Positions 31,255 to 43,717 of a DNA stretch of 64,000 nucleotides are shown here, piece by piece (position 1 is the stretch's first letter; each line of letters starts with the position of its first letter). The notes under the pieces were generated by a model, which saw nothing but the letters and a program-made list of their open reading frames with translations, ran no database searches and was not told where the DNA came from. Source of the stretch: Eledone cirrhosa (taxonomy: Eukaryota); assembly GCA_964016885.1 (NCBI GenBank), contig OZ024740.1, forward strand, positions 116,126,001-116,190,000. Reading direction: 5' to 3'. Both the position numbers and the translations under genes were made by a program.

Positions 31255-31400
31255 TGTGCTGGACAGTCAACTATAAGCGGACTACTTAATCTCAGACAAT
31301 ATATAGTGTGAAAGGATAGGTTTGAACAAAGGAAAATTGAAAGAGCAATTTTAGTTGATCTCACTGTGGCTTAATATACAGTTAACTGCAGTTTATTATT
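31255..31400 (+). mobile_element. Ingi/Vingi-like LINE RT remnant
   Basis: GQSTISGLLNLRQYI..FEQRKIERAILVDLTVA*YTVN resembles LLNLTQ.IEDGFE..FVDLSAAYDTVN. Confidence 0.55.
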
Positions 31401-31586
31401 TGGATTGGCAGTATCGGTAGAGGGTCGGACGCCATGCTTTGACGTATAGAGTTACGGCCCTTGCCATTCTGAGTTCAAATCCCGCCGAGGTTAACTTTGC
31501 CTTTCATCCTTACGGTGTCGATAAAATAAAGTACCAGTAATGCACTGGTGAATTGCTGGCCTTGTGCCAATAGTAGAAACAATTAT

Positions 31587-31590
<4 letters not shown>
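31401..31590 (+). mobile_element. family A tRNA-derived SINE; further copies 47363-47555(-), 48070-48256(+), 55143-55320(+, TSD ttattaacaaacaa)
   Basis: tggattggcagtatcggtagag..gagttcaaatcccgccgaggttaactttgcctttcatccttacgg.gtcgataaaataaagtaccag..tagaaacaattattatt: B-box GTTCAAATCC, Nin/Deu-like core, (ATT)n tail. Confidence 0.9.
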
Positions 31591-31644
<54 letters not shown>

Positions 31645-32036
31645 GAAAAGTATAGAAATAGTTGTAGCGAGAAGCTAACAGTATTCCATAACATATAAGT
31701 GACTATAGCGTCAAAATGGGAAAATAGTTAACATAAGATATGGGAAAAATAATTCAAACTCAATTCAAAAAGAATCAGGATATAGATTTATCCAACAGAA
31801 TTTAGAGAAATCCAGGGAAAAATCAATAGAGCCTTAACTCATGATAAAACAAAGTCTAAAGTACTCATCCTTCAATTTGGGACAACTTCAAATGCTCTGT
31901 ATAGTCTTGAAAAGACTATTTCACGAAAACTTTCAGTGGGGATGGTCACGGTTATAGGAAAAGGTTCAGGACTACCCAAAGTATCGAGTACTCTGGTGCG
32001 CTATAGTTCACCTGGTTCCTTACCACACTGCCTTCG

Positions 32037-32066
<30 letters not shown>

Positions 32067-32071
<5 letters not shown>

Positions 32072-32246
32072 TTCATTACGTTTATTGAGAAGTGACGCGC
32101 GTTTCGCTATTGATCAGCTTAAGGTTCTTTCTGCTGAGGTCCGACGAGCTTTTGATTCCAGAGTGGGGCCAAATCAAAACAGATAGAACCTTGAGTTGAT
32201 CAACAGCGAAACGCGAGTCGCTACTCAATAAACGTAATGAAGGCAT
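32067..32246. repeat. fold-back element (~70 bp arms) with HHR-like GAAACGCGCGTC end
   Basis: atgccttcattacgtttattgag..gacgcgcgtttcgct mirrored by agcgaaacgcgagtc..ctcaataaacgtaatgaaggcat. Confidence 0.75.
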
Positions 32247-32289
32247 AACAATTCGTCCTTTTACTATAATATATATATATATATATGAA

Positions 32290-33270
32290 ATAAACGAACA
32301 AAACACAGAAGGCAATTGTGCACAGTTATAGTAAGTTCAGGCTTTGTGGAAGTGGAGGAAGTTTCAATATTTCAGATATAAATCCTTCATCAGGAAAGTT
32401 CGGATAGGGGGGAGAACAGGAACTCCAAGAGGGAGTTAGGACGATTTTAAGGAGGGATGTTACAAAGCCAAGAACACAATATAATGAGAAAAATAAAAAT
32501 AAAATATGTATAAAAATTTAAAAAATAAAAAAATAAAAAATGTAATATATATATATAGGCTTTAAAATGGAATGAGAATAAGAATAAAGCAAGAACGGGG
32601 GGGGGGGGGGGTTCGTCGTCAATTGTCTACTGGGGGTCTCGGATATTTCAACGCTTTAAAGACAATATATCTACCCCGAGAGCGTTCAATAACTGGGTAA
32701 GTTATTGGGAAAACGGAGGAGGGAGAGAAGGAAAATAGAAGGGAAAAGGGAAAAGGAGAAGAAAAGAGAAAACACCGAAAAAACAACAAACCGAGAAACG
32801 TGCAAGCAACTTAAGGTAAGAAAATCCAAGACCACAGCGGTAACAGAACTTAAGTTCGAGAGAGTGTGGGCGAACGAAAAGACACGACTGACCCTAGCGA
32901 GTGTAAGTGATAAAAGGACTGCTAGAGGGTCAGGCGAGGGAAACAATGGGGTGGCTGCCAGAGAGAGGGTGAGTGAAAGTGAGAGGGCGAAAGGGAGAGG
33001 AAGAAAGAAGGGGAAGAATAGATAGTAACGAAATAGGTAGGTAGAGGGTGAGAGAAGACGGGTCACAGCGAAACATGATAAAATATATGAATAGGATGGC
33101 TGTGTAGTTGGTAGTTAAGTTAGGCTTAAAAATGGAATGAGAATAAGAAGAAAGCAAGACCTCCAGTAGACAACTGACGAGGACCCCCCTCCCCCGTTCT
33201 TGCTTTCTTCTTATTCTCATTCCATTTTTAAGCCTAACTTAACTAGCAACTACACAGCCATCCTATTCTT
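32290..33270 (-). mobile_element. PLE terminal-repeat-like element: HHR at 32362-32397 (-), hairpin 33089-33268, partial repeat 32556-32640
   Basis: Minus strand TTTC-CTGATGA-A-GGAT..ATCT-GAAA-TA-TT-GAAA; 32556-32640 equals the reverse complement of ~33155-33237. Confidence 0.65.
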
Positions 33271-34162
33271 CTATATATATATATATATATTGGAAAATGT
33301 GTGTAATCCTTGGTACAGTTAGGTATATTAAGACAGGGGGGAAGAAAAAATGGCTTCACTTGTGCTTTCAACAAATTTATTTTCTTCACAAAATCCAAAA
33401 AGAATTTTTCTTAAAAAAAATTATTTTATAAATTAAGTTGTTGGTTGTTGGTTAGGTCTTAGGAGTTCTTGGTTAACGTAGGAGGTATTGTTTCGTTTTT
33501 AGAAAGACCTTTCACGCTGAGGTGCGCTTGTCAAACTGATGTGTATGTGGTGTGTTGTTCTATATATAGGGATTTAACATGTCTGTGGTGTGGTAGGGGT
33601 TTCTTTTCTCCCCCTTTAATAAGTGCATGGGTGTAGGTGTGTTGAAAAAGTGTTCATAGCAGTAATGAGTTGAGACGGTGAGTAGGGTTGGGTGGGGAGA
33701 AACTTAGCAAGTGCGGCCTGCCCCGGTCATTCTCGAAAAATTCCTTTATTCAGGGGAAAAAGCTTTTAGCATCGCTTTTGTGTTGAGAATGGTCACAGGC
33801 AAATCGCACCTGTCAAGCTTGTGAATAATTATTTTTTTCTTTTTTTCCTGAAGAATTTTTCTACGTTCATCCCAAAGTTAGTCCTTTGTTCAACACACAC
33901 ATATATATGTGTGCATATATGTACATACACACACGGGCATATGTAGGAATATATAGGCACACACCATCAATCACACACCCCTGTACAAATACATACACAA
34001 AAACATATAGAGACACATATAAAAACACACATACACATACGTACACACACGAATATGTACACGTACCTCCACATGGGTATATATATATATATATACACAT
34101 ATATACACACATACATACACATATACATACATACATATACATATATATATATAAATATATAT

Positions 34163-34193
<31 letters not shown>

Positions 34194-34285
34194 TACACAC
34201 ACACACATACACATATATATATATATATATAGATAGATATAGATAGGTAAATATACACGGGTGTGTATGATTGTGTATAGAAGAT

Positions 34286-34679
34286 TATATTAATAAGAGG
34301 AATTCCAACTTTGTCTGATTTACTCGTTTTATTTACAATCCTTTAAAATATATATAATATGGTATTATAATGAAATAGTATGATAGAATATTAAATTCTA
34401 AGTGTTAATTGAACAAGTACTTTCATGCTTTCGCAATCTTCAGGTTCATGATATGTGGTGACAGTCGAGTTTGCAATTTTCAACTGTGGAAAATTGCAAA
34501 CTCGACTGTCACCACATATCATGAACCTGAAGATTGCGAAAGCATGAAAGTACTTGTTCAATTAACACTTAGAATTTAATATTCTATCATACTATTTCAT
34601 TATAATACCATATTATATATATTTTAAAGGATTGTAAATAGAACGAGTAAATCAGACAAAGTTGGAATTCCTCTTATTA

Positions 34680-34686
<7 letters not shown>
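34286..34686. mobile_element. ~400 bp near-perfect palindrome with intact HHR motif on both strands (34410-34448 -, 34522-34560 +)
   Basis: Arms ~195 bp around spacer caactgtgg (34481-34489); TGAAC-CTGAAGA-tTGC-gaaa-GCAt-GAAA-GTAC-TT-GTTCA. Confidence 0.85.
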
Positions 34687-34746
<60 letters not shown>

Positions 34747-34943
34747 TACATATACCTACATACACATACATACATATACACACATAAAGATACATAACTA
34801 AATATACATATATACACACATACACGCACACACACACACACACACGCACGTGTGTACACACACACACGCACACACACACACATATACATATGTCCGTATA
34901 TATACCCCTCCGTTCACACATACATGCATACACATACATGTAC

Positions 34944-34986
<43 letters not shown>

Positions 34987-35045
34987 TACATACACATATA
35001 TATACATATATATACACATACACACATATACATACATACACACAT

Positions 35046-35091
<46 letters not shown>

Positions 35092-35424
35092 GTGTGCGTA
35101 TACACGAGCACATAAAGACACATATACACATACACATACATATACATATACATACACACATATACACACATACATCTACATACATACATACATATACACA
35201 AACAGAAACATACACACATGTACACACATATGTACATATATGCACATACATACACACACACACACATATATATAGGTACATACACATACATACACACACA
35301 CATACATCCATACATCCCTACAAACATATATGTGTGTGTCTCACCGTTCATTCAGATATTCATGTGTATACATAAGAAGAGGGGTGGGGACTAGGGAAAT
35401 GGAATTTTACCTCCGAGTGTTAAT

Positions 35425-37054
35425 TCATTTTTTCGTGTTCAGTAGTGGTTTAAATTTTTCAATGAAGAATTCTTCTTTATATCTGCGGAAATGTTCGTTA
35501 TCCGACCATATCTTGAAGAAAGGGAAGATTGTGAATTTTCCCTTCCTGCATGATGCAAAGTGTGCGCTACATGTGGTATTTCTGACTGTGGGGTCTTTAA
35601 TCTGTTGTTTATGTACCCGGACTCTATCATGTAATCCCGTTCCGGTTTCCCCAATGTAATACTCTTTACACTGTGGACATGTTGCGCAATATATTAGGTT
35701 TTTCGTTTTGCAGTTCATGTTAGCATTGACCTTGAAATTATCATGGTTTTTGAATGACAACTGTTTGCCCTCTTCGATGAGTTCACAGGTTCCACATCTA
35801 GGGTCCCCGCATTTCGTCACTTGCATTGATTCCATGTTGGTCGTAAATTTTGCCTAGGTAAATAGTTTTTTAAGGTTGGGTGCTTGGCGTCTGCTATAAA
35901 TTATCTGTGTGTTTTTTAAGAGTGAATTCATTTTGGTAGATTGCTGTAGAATCGGGAGATACTGCTTAGCAGTTTTCACAATGTTGATGTTCCCTGGGTT
36001 GTGAGTGATGACAAAAGAGATAGCAGGGTTTTCTTTTTTATGTTGTGGGTTTGGTTTTCTCAGTGTTGTTATTGGGATGTTCTTAGCCTTGAAGATGGCT
36101 GCGTTGATGAGTTTCATCGGGTATTCTTGTTTTTTAAGGAATTTTTTCAGGTCACATAATCTTTTTTCTTGTAGTACGGGGTGTGTTGCTATAGTGCAGA
36201 TGCGCCTTGCCATGTTGAAGGGAATGTTCCTTTTCGTATGTGAGGGGTGTGCTGACCGGAAATTTAAGTATTGGTGTGTGTCAGTGGGTTTGCAAAATAG
36301 GTCCGTTATGATATTTTCCCCTTCTTTAATGATGAGGATATCTAGAAAGGGCAGTTCCTTTTCGTTACATTCCATAGTGAATTGTATAGCTTCATGAAGC
36401 CTGTTTAGGATCGAATAAAATGTTTGTAGGTCTGTTTGGCTTCTGTTCCAGAAGATGAAGCAGTCATCTAGGTAACGTTTCCAGTTTTTATTAATGTAGA
36501 AGGCGAAGTCGTGACTGAATGTTATCTGTAGTTGGGAATATAATTTTGCCTCTAAGTGACCCATAACGAGCGTTGCATATGTAGGGGCCACTTTGGTACC
36601 CATGGCTGTTCCTTTTATTTGTAGATAAAGTTCGTTGTCAAAGAGGAAGTGGTTGTTTTCCAATACTAATTTAAGTCCTTCCAAGATGAATTCTTTGGGG
36701 AATCTTTCTGAAATGTGACTTGAGTGTTTTGTAATCCAGAAGTCCACAGCTTCAATCCCTAGGTCGTGTGGGATGTTAGTGTACAGGCTTATTACATCAA
36801 AACTGACTAGGATTGTATCCTGGTGTACTTTTTGGGGGATATAGTTAAGGAATTCCATATCATCTCTGATGTAGCTTGGAACTTTTTTACATAGGGGTTT
36901 GAGTATGATGTCTAATAGGTTGCTTAGACGTTGTGTGCTTGAGGCTGGGCCAGCAATAATGGGGCGTAATTTTAAGTCTGTCGGTTTTGGTGCTTCGATG
37001 TATGATGTATTTTTCCCTTTTATGTTGTTTTGGATTTCTATGGATTTGTGAATT
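35425..37054 (-). pseudogene. Penelope-like (Neptune/Nematis-type) RT plus C-terminal GIY-YIG endonuclease; 5'-truncated, one in-frame TAG
   Basis: LRPIIAGP, SFDVISLYTNIPH, GTAMGTKVAPTYA, RYLDD, LPFLDI, KPTDTHQYL..HP; CGDPRCGTC linker; NLIYCATCPQC..YYIGETG..RVRVH; ORFs 35854-36858 and 35425-35835 are in frame across ACC TAG GCA. Confidence 0.95.
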
Positions 37055-37144
37055 ATATATATATATATATATATATATAGTGGTTGAACACTGGAAGGTA
37101 ATATCCGTAGTGGTAGAACACTCAGTCCATGGGACGAGTTAGGT

Positions 37145-37424
<280 letters not shown>

Positions 37425-37535
37425 GATTACACAACAGTTAGTTCACCATACCGGGAATTCTTGAAGGAATTTGTCCAAAGACTTTTTGAGTTTTATGGGG
37501 TCTGTTTCTGTTTCAATGTGCTATATATATATATG

Positions 37536-37587
<52 letters not shown>

Positions 37588-37754
37588 TGAGAGTGTGTGT
37601 GTGTGTGTGTATGTGTGTGTGTGTGTATGACTCCACACATACACACACACATATATATATATATATACAATTTTTTAAATGGTATGTATTTACATGGCTC
37701 ATTGGTTTTGTTAAAGGAAATAAATGTTTCCCTTTGTAAATTTGATAAAGAAGA

Positions 37755-38000
37755 GCCGCACAAACGATGTGCCCCAGGGTTGTTCAACATCTACGTATAT
37801 GACCAGTCTAAAGATTATAATACCAAATGTTTTATCTATGCCGATGATTTATACATAGCGTGTCAAAGAGGGAATATTTCAACGACATCGAAACAACCCT
37901 AAGGACTGCTTTAAATAATCTCAGCTATTACCCCTATAAAGACAATAATTTAATTTCTAATCCTGTGAAAACACAGGTTTCTGCATTTCACTTAAACAAG
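37755..38000 (+). mobile_element. Ingi/Vingi-like LINE RT remnant
   Basis: APGLFNIYVYDQ..TKCFIYADDL..NPVKTQVSAFHLN. Confidence 0.7.
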
Positions 38001-38549
38001 GAAATAGTCTTTCTGTATTGTTGTGTGTAACTTCACGCTCATCAATTCTTCTAATTTCTAGTACCGCTTACAACACAGTATGAAGCACCATGAACATATT
38101 TCAATTGGTATTTGAGAATTTACATGATCGCTTTATTAGGCTCATTATTTTCCATGAGAGTTCAGCCTGCAAGAAAAGAGGTATTCTATCTGTTGGCCGT
38201 AACTCGTGGCAGAAGCATCACTGCTTTTCCAGTAAGAGAAGGATCGATTTTAATTCACAATGCACAGATACCGATTCTACAGACAGATACCGATTCTACA
38301 GACCCTTGTCAAGTAACTTTATCCCCTAAACGATAAAACCTAAAGTTGAACTTGGCAGGATTTGAACTGAGTGCGGTGCAGAGGGTCAGAACGAATACCA
38401 AGATACCCTAACGCCTGGATATGTGTTTGTCTGGAAAGATATTCAGTGATGATGATGGGTAGGTTTTGTAGCGACATTGAGGGTTCTAAATGCACAGAAG
38501 TCATGTTTAGGGGAAATATTACGATATTGTTTTTGTGATTTTGGAAACA

Positions 38550-38700
38550 GCATAGCCGAATGGTGAAGAGATTAGCATTAGGTTCTGGGTATGATCCCAC
38601 TACGTGGCATCTTGGACAAGTATCATTTATCATAGCCTGTGGTCGATCCGAGCCTTGTAAATGAAATTAGCTAGACGAAAAATGTTTGGAAAACCGTACC
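38550..38700 (+). mobile_element. family B tRNA-derived SINE, degenerate; other copies ~7640-7760(+), 28570-28720(-), 40373-40540(-), 50065-50165(+)
   Basis: cccactacgtggcatcttggacaagt..atagcctgtggtcgatccgagccttgt..tagacgaaaa. Confidence 0.65.
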
Positions 38701-39466
38701 CCTAATTCAAAAGGCCAGCCTTCTTACATTCAATCTCACGCTGAATTTCTCCGAAGAAAAGAGATGACTAAGGTGTGTTCAGCCACTTACACGTTAATTT
38801 CATGAGCAGGCTGTTCCATTGGCACATTCATCTTCGAAACAGACGGATGTTCATTCCAGTACATTTTCTTGATATATGCCGAGATTCTGTTTTTCTACTA
38901 GAGAAGAAAAGATTAATCATGTTCCCATTTGGAGAGTGCTTTCCTCGTCCTTATTCATGGAGCCAAAACAAGTTTGGATATAGATGTCTAAGATGTTTGG
39001 GGTCAGGAGGTTAGTGATGAATGAAGGGTGGTATCATTAGTGTAGGTGATTCATCTATAGGAGAGAGTTAGTGTGGTATAAGACAGAACTTTGGTGCACA
39101 CAGAGTTGTGTGTCATTGGGGTGGTCAGCCGGAACTCCAACAGCAGAAGCAGTGATGCCGTGATGTGAAAACTAAGTAGTTCGTTCCGAGACCATTTTCC
39201 CTAGAACCCATTCATTTTTTTCTTTTTACTTTTTCACTGGTGACCGTCATGAGACTGCGGCCCAACTATGGCAATGCTGTCAAGAGATTTAGTTGTTTAT
39301 ATTGACCTCAGTGCATATTTTTTAAAGTCTGGTAATTATTTTAATTGATGTGTTTTTTTCGAACCACTATGTTGCGGGACACAAACACAAACACAGACAC
39401 AAACATCAACATCAACACGCATGCACATACATACATACACACATACACATACTCACACACACGCAT

Positions 39467-39513
<47 letters not shown>

Positions 39514-39683
39514 CACATGTTGTGTAACGAATAAATGAGGTAAATTCTAACCTTATGACTTCTACGTCATTATTATACTTAGACTCTGGAGTACATAGGC
39601 TTGCAATTATACTTCGTCGAGTGGTCTATCCTACGTACACTATTATCGGTTGTGTAACTAACACAAAATACAAAATATATCAA

Positions 39684-39762
<79 letters not shown>

Positions 39763-39932
39763 AATATGTTTAACCCCGACGCAGAGCTCAGGCCGTTTCG
39801 TTGGCTATTTACACATTTAGTGCAGAAATAGCCGTCGGGGTTAAACATTTTTCTATTACCCACTCTAATACCCTCAGTATCGAGTACTCTGGTGCGTTAT
39901 GGTCCATCTGGTTCCTTACCACACCTGCTTCG

Positions 39933-40020
<88 letters not shown>

Positions 40021-40236
40021 CAGAAAGGGTGAGGTAAAATATCAGGTGGACCATAACCCACCAGAGTACTCGATACTTGGGGTAGTAGAGTGGGTAATAT
40101 GAAAAGATTCAAGACCCCGACAGCCATCCTCCGCCCGTTTTGACAGCTAGATCATCCGAACTCTTATATATATATATATGCAAAGTTTTATTTAAATTGT
40201 TGGGTTAACAACGAGTAAATATTTATAACTGATTTT

Positions 40237-40317
40237 CATGTGTAATCTAACCTTGGGTTGACCAATGCCTTGTGAGTGAAAATTTGAAAAATCGGTAGAC
40301 AGAAACTGCAGAAGATC

Positions 40318-40375
<58 letters not shown>

Positions 40376-40456
40376 GATCTTCTGCAGTTTCTGTCTACCG
40401 ATTTTTCAAATTTTCACTCACAAGGCATTGGTCAACCCAAGGTTAGATTACACATG
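40237..40456. repeat. perfect 220 bp palindrome: SINE tail duplicated in inverted orientation around (AT)26
   Basis: catgtgtaatctaacc..gaagatcttc-(AT)n-gaagatcttc..ggttagattacacatg. Confidence 0.9.
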
Positions 40457-41188
40457 CCCTAGGTGCCGAGCCGTAGAATTGAACCTGAAACCACCTAGTC
40501 GTAACACGAACTCTTTACCCACACAGCTATGCTTGCCTTATCTTTTCTACATCTGTTCTCGACGTTTCCGTCTAAAGCCATGCATGAGTGTCTTATTCCC
40601 TGTTTCTTTTTCTAGCATGTGAGCATATCTCTGCTCGGTGCTGTCATAATCTGAAGTGTTTCCGACTCGATTCCAATGAAATCACCATTTATATTATATG
40701 TTTCAAGTCCCTCTTTATCTCGGTCAAGTCTTTCCTTTCACCCCAGATTCTCATTCAGAAAGTATCCACCACGTTTGCAGGAGCATACACCATATGGATT
40801 GCCTACCTACTTATTTTTATATACTGCTTCTTTACTTTATTTTCTCAGAATTATCTATTTATAATTGTTTCGTCTTTTTAACCCCCTAACTTTTGATGTC
40901 ATTGTTTCTTACACACGTCATACTTGCGAGTTATTGGCTTATAAATTTACATCTATCTATATTTATATAGAAACAATTCAAGATTTAACCGTAGCTGCAT
41001 AAATGTAGAAATAAATACACTGGCATATGAAGAAGGATAGACAGTGAAACATTGTGATTATAATAACCAAGATGGGGACACGAGTATTAACAAGAACAAC
41101 AACAATAACAACACATTTAAGCATTTTTCTTATTTAGCCCATGGTTAGGCTTAATCGAACTGATACATACATACACACACACACACAC

Positions 41189-41223
<35 letters not shown>

Positions 41224-41288
41224 CGCGTGTGTGTTTGTATGGTGTGTGTGTGGGGGAGGGGAATGTCGTTCATCTATATATATATATA

Positions 41289-41893
41289 CTAGCAGTGGTA
41301 CCCGGCGTTGCACGGGATAAGGTATTTTGGAACGCGGGCCGCCAACAGACCTAATCGTGGAAAAACTGAATGCCTGGACAATATATAAAGAAAATAAACC
41401 GAATACTCTGATGGCTGGATAATCTTTAAGATTTTCCTCGATGAAGCAAGAAAAATGCAGGGTTTCACCTAATGCAGGCCCTAGGGGATCAAGAAAATTA
41501 TTTTTTTTGATGTGCATAAAATGCCTTGAAATTTCGGAAAAATCGGTTAGACGTAACGCCTCAAAAGAGCACTAAAAAGCTTTTAAAATGAGGTTTTTCA
41601 CCTAATGCGGGCCCTAGGCCATAAAAAAAGTTGGATTTTCTTTGCTCACGGTATGAAGAAGAGACTGATTAATACATAGTTACAATTTCAAGGAAATCGG
41701 TCTGGCGTAACACCTCAAAATACCCCTAAAAACCTGAAAAAAACGCAGTTTTTCACCTAATGCGGGCCCTAGGAGATCAAACAGTTGAATTTTTTAATGT
41801 GCATAACACTCCCTCAAATATAAGTAATACACATGTAAAGTTTTTAAAAAAGTCGGTTGGGTACTTCTCGAGTTTTAGGGATTCAAACTCACA

Positions 41894-41989
<96 letters not shown>

Positions 41990-42345
41990 TCCCCAGGGAA
42001 GTGACGTAATGCAGACAGCCAGACATACAGAAAGATATTATGAGGGCGCGTTCTGGACGCAGAGGGGATTGTGGGAAGTGACGTAATGACGACATACAGA
42101 CAGATATTATAAGGGCGCGACGTTATATGTATGTATCTATCTAAAAAGAGAAAGACTAAGAATTATAGAGAGAGATCGCTAAATATGGGGTCCCTAGGGC
42201 ATAGAAAATTTTTAATTTTTTTACTCAGAACACTCCCTGAAACATAAGTATTACATGTGTAAAGTTTGAAAATAGTCGTTGTGTGCTTCTCGAGTTTTAG
42301 GAATTCAAACTCACACACACACAGACAGACTTCCTCAGTTTTATA
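41289..42345 (-). mobile_element. non-autonomous Helitron
   Basis: 3' end on minus strand cccgtgcaacgccggg-taccactgCTAG|T (hairpin plus CTAG); 5' end tatatataaaactgaggaagtctgtctg. Confidence 0.8.
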
Positions 42346-42353
42346 TATATATA

Positions 42354-42858
42354 CTAGCAGAAAACCACCCGGTGGGCGGTTTTCTGCTAGCAAATCTAGT
42401 GTATACACTGATATTGTTGAGATTTGGATGAGAAATGTTTTCGGCACCACATGTTCACCGTCTCTCGGTGTGTCTTTTATGTATGTATAAATATATATGT
42501 TATCTATACGATGAAATCTTTGAAATAAATATATGTTAAAACGAAAAAGGAGAAAAAGAGATTAGTGACGGAAATATAAACGTTATGATATATAAACTTT
42601 ATGATATAACGATGGAAATATATCTTCAAATGGTCCTTGGCATGGTGTCAAGTCAGAACCGCCTCGAACTGGTTACTTCTGGCTTGTGCAAAGTGTCTCT
42701 ATAGCAACCAGCGATTCCCTCGGCCTCAGTGACCAAAGTCAGTGGAGAGGGGAAGGTAATGTTTCTATAGCGACAGTGTTTCTCTTGGTAGTACCAAAGT
42801 GGAGAAAGGAAGGGGAAGGTAATATTTCTGTAGCATCTACATTTGAGTTTTAGGGAAG

Positions 42859-42896
<38 letters not shown>

Positions 42897-42912
42897 GAAA
42901 TGCCCATATATT
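42354..42912 (-). mobile_element. second non-autonomous Helitron with a palindromic double-CTAG end
   Basis: ctagcagaaaaccacccggtgggcggttttctgctag; 5' region tatatgggcatttctctgtttgtctgtc. Confidence 0.65.
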
Positions 42913-42937
42913 TCTGTGTGTGTATATATATATATAT

Positions 42938-43308
42938 ATACAAGTTAATATAAATTAATATATGATAAACACTAATATAAACATATGCCAATTTTCTGGA
43001 TACCTGCCGATGACCACAGAAATTGGAATTTTTCACTTTTTTAAATTATCGTTGCGAAACTTATTTGGGTTTTGAAATTTAAATTTGTCTGCGGAACAGG
43101 TTTCGATTTTGAAATTTAAATTTGTCCAGGTATCACGGCTATTGCCAATATGGGTTTGTTTTTATTGATTTATTATTTTAAATTGAGACAGGCAAACTGT
43201 ATTAATCTAATTAGTATTTTTCAATCTAGCTAACTTGGTCATTTACAATACAAACACTTATATGTTTATATTAGTGTTTATCATATATTAATTTATATTA
43301 ACTTGTAT
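42938..43308. repeat. (TA)n-adjacent element with ~50 bp inverted repeats
   Basis: atacaagttaatataaattaatatatgataaacactaatataaacatat mirrored at 43260-43308. Confidence 0.7.
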
Positions 43309-43717
43309 TTCACGGCTCAGAAATGCTTATTTCTTTGAGCTAATTAATTGTAAAAGACTGTTTGAGTTTATAACTCTAAATATAGTATATATATATATAT
43401 ATACTAGCAGTTTAGCCCGGCGTTGCTCGGGTTTGTTCATTTGCTATGAAAAGTTACATACAAGTAAACGTGGTTTGAAAGCGAATAAGCTTATCAATTA
43501 AGTGCATAAAGCAGTTGAACCAGTTATTAAAAGTTACGAACCAATTAGCATTTTGGTCAATCAATGATGGGTTAATAATCTTCCAATAGCGAATTTAGTA
43601 GACCAAAGTTGCAAGATGGTGGCCCTGATGCCGCTGGGTGTCAGATCTGTCCGCCATGGGATACCCTACCAGGAAATAGTGTTCCAGACGGCATAGCTCC
43701 AACACCTGCACCAACAT

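Noticed and set aside
30828-31364. Hydrophobic 178-aa ORF resembling a membrane protein
   Set aside because: Antisense of a CAA/CAC low-complexity tract
31401-31490. tRNA genes at SINE heads
   Set aside because: A/B boxes continue into SINE cores and do not fold as complete cloverleaves
35854-35856. In-frame stop in the PLE ORF as programmed readthrough or selenocysteine
   Set aside because: The codon is TAG, not TGA, and is not at a Cys position; a nonsense mutation is the simpler explanation
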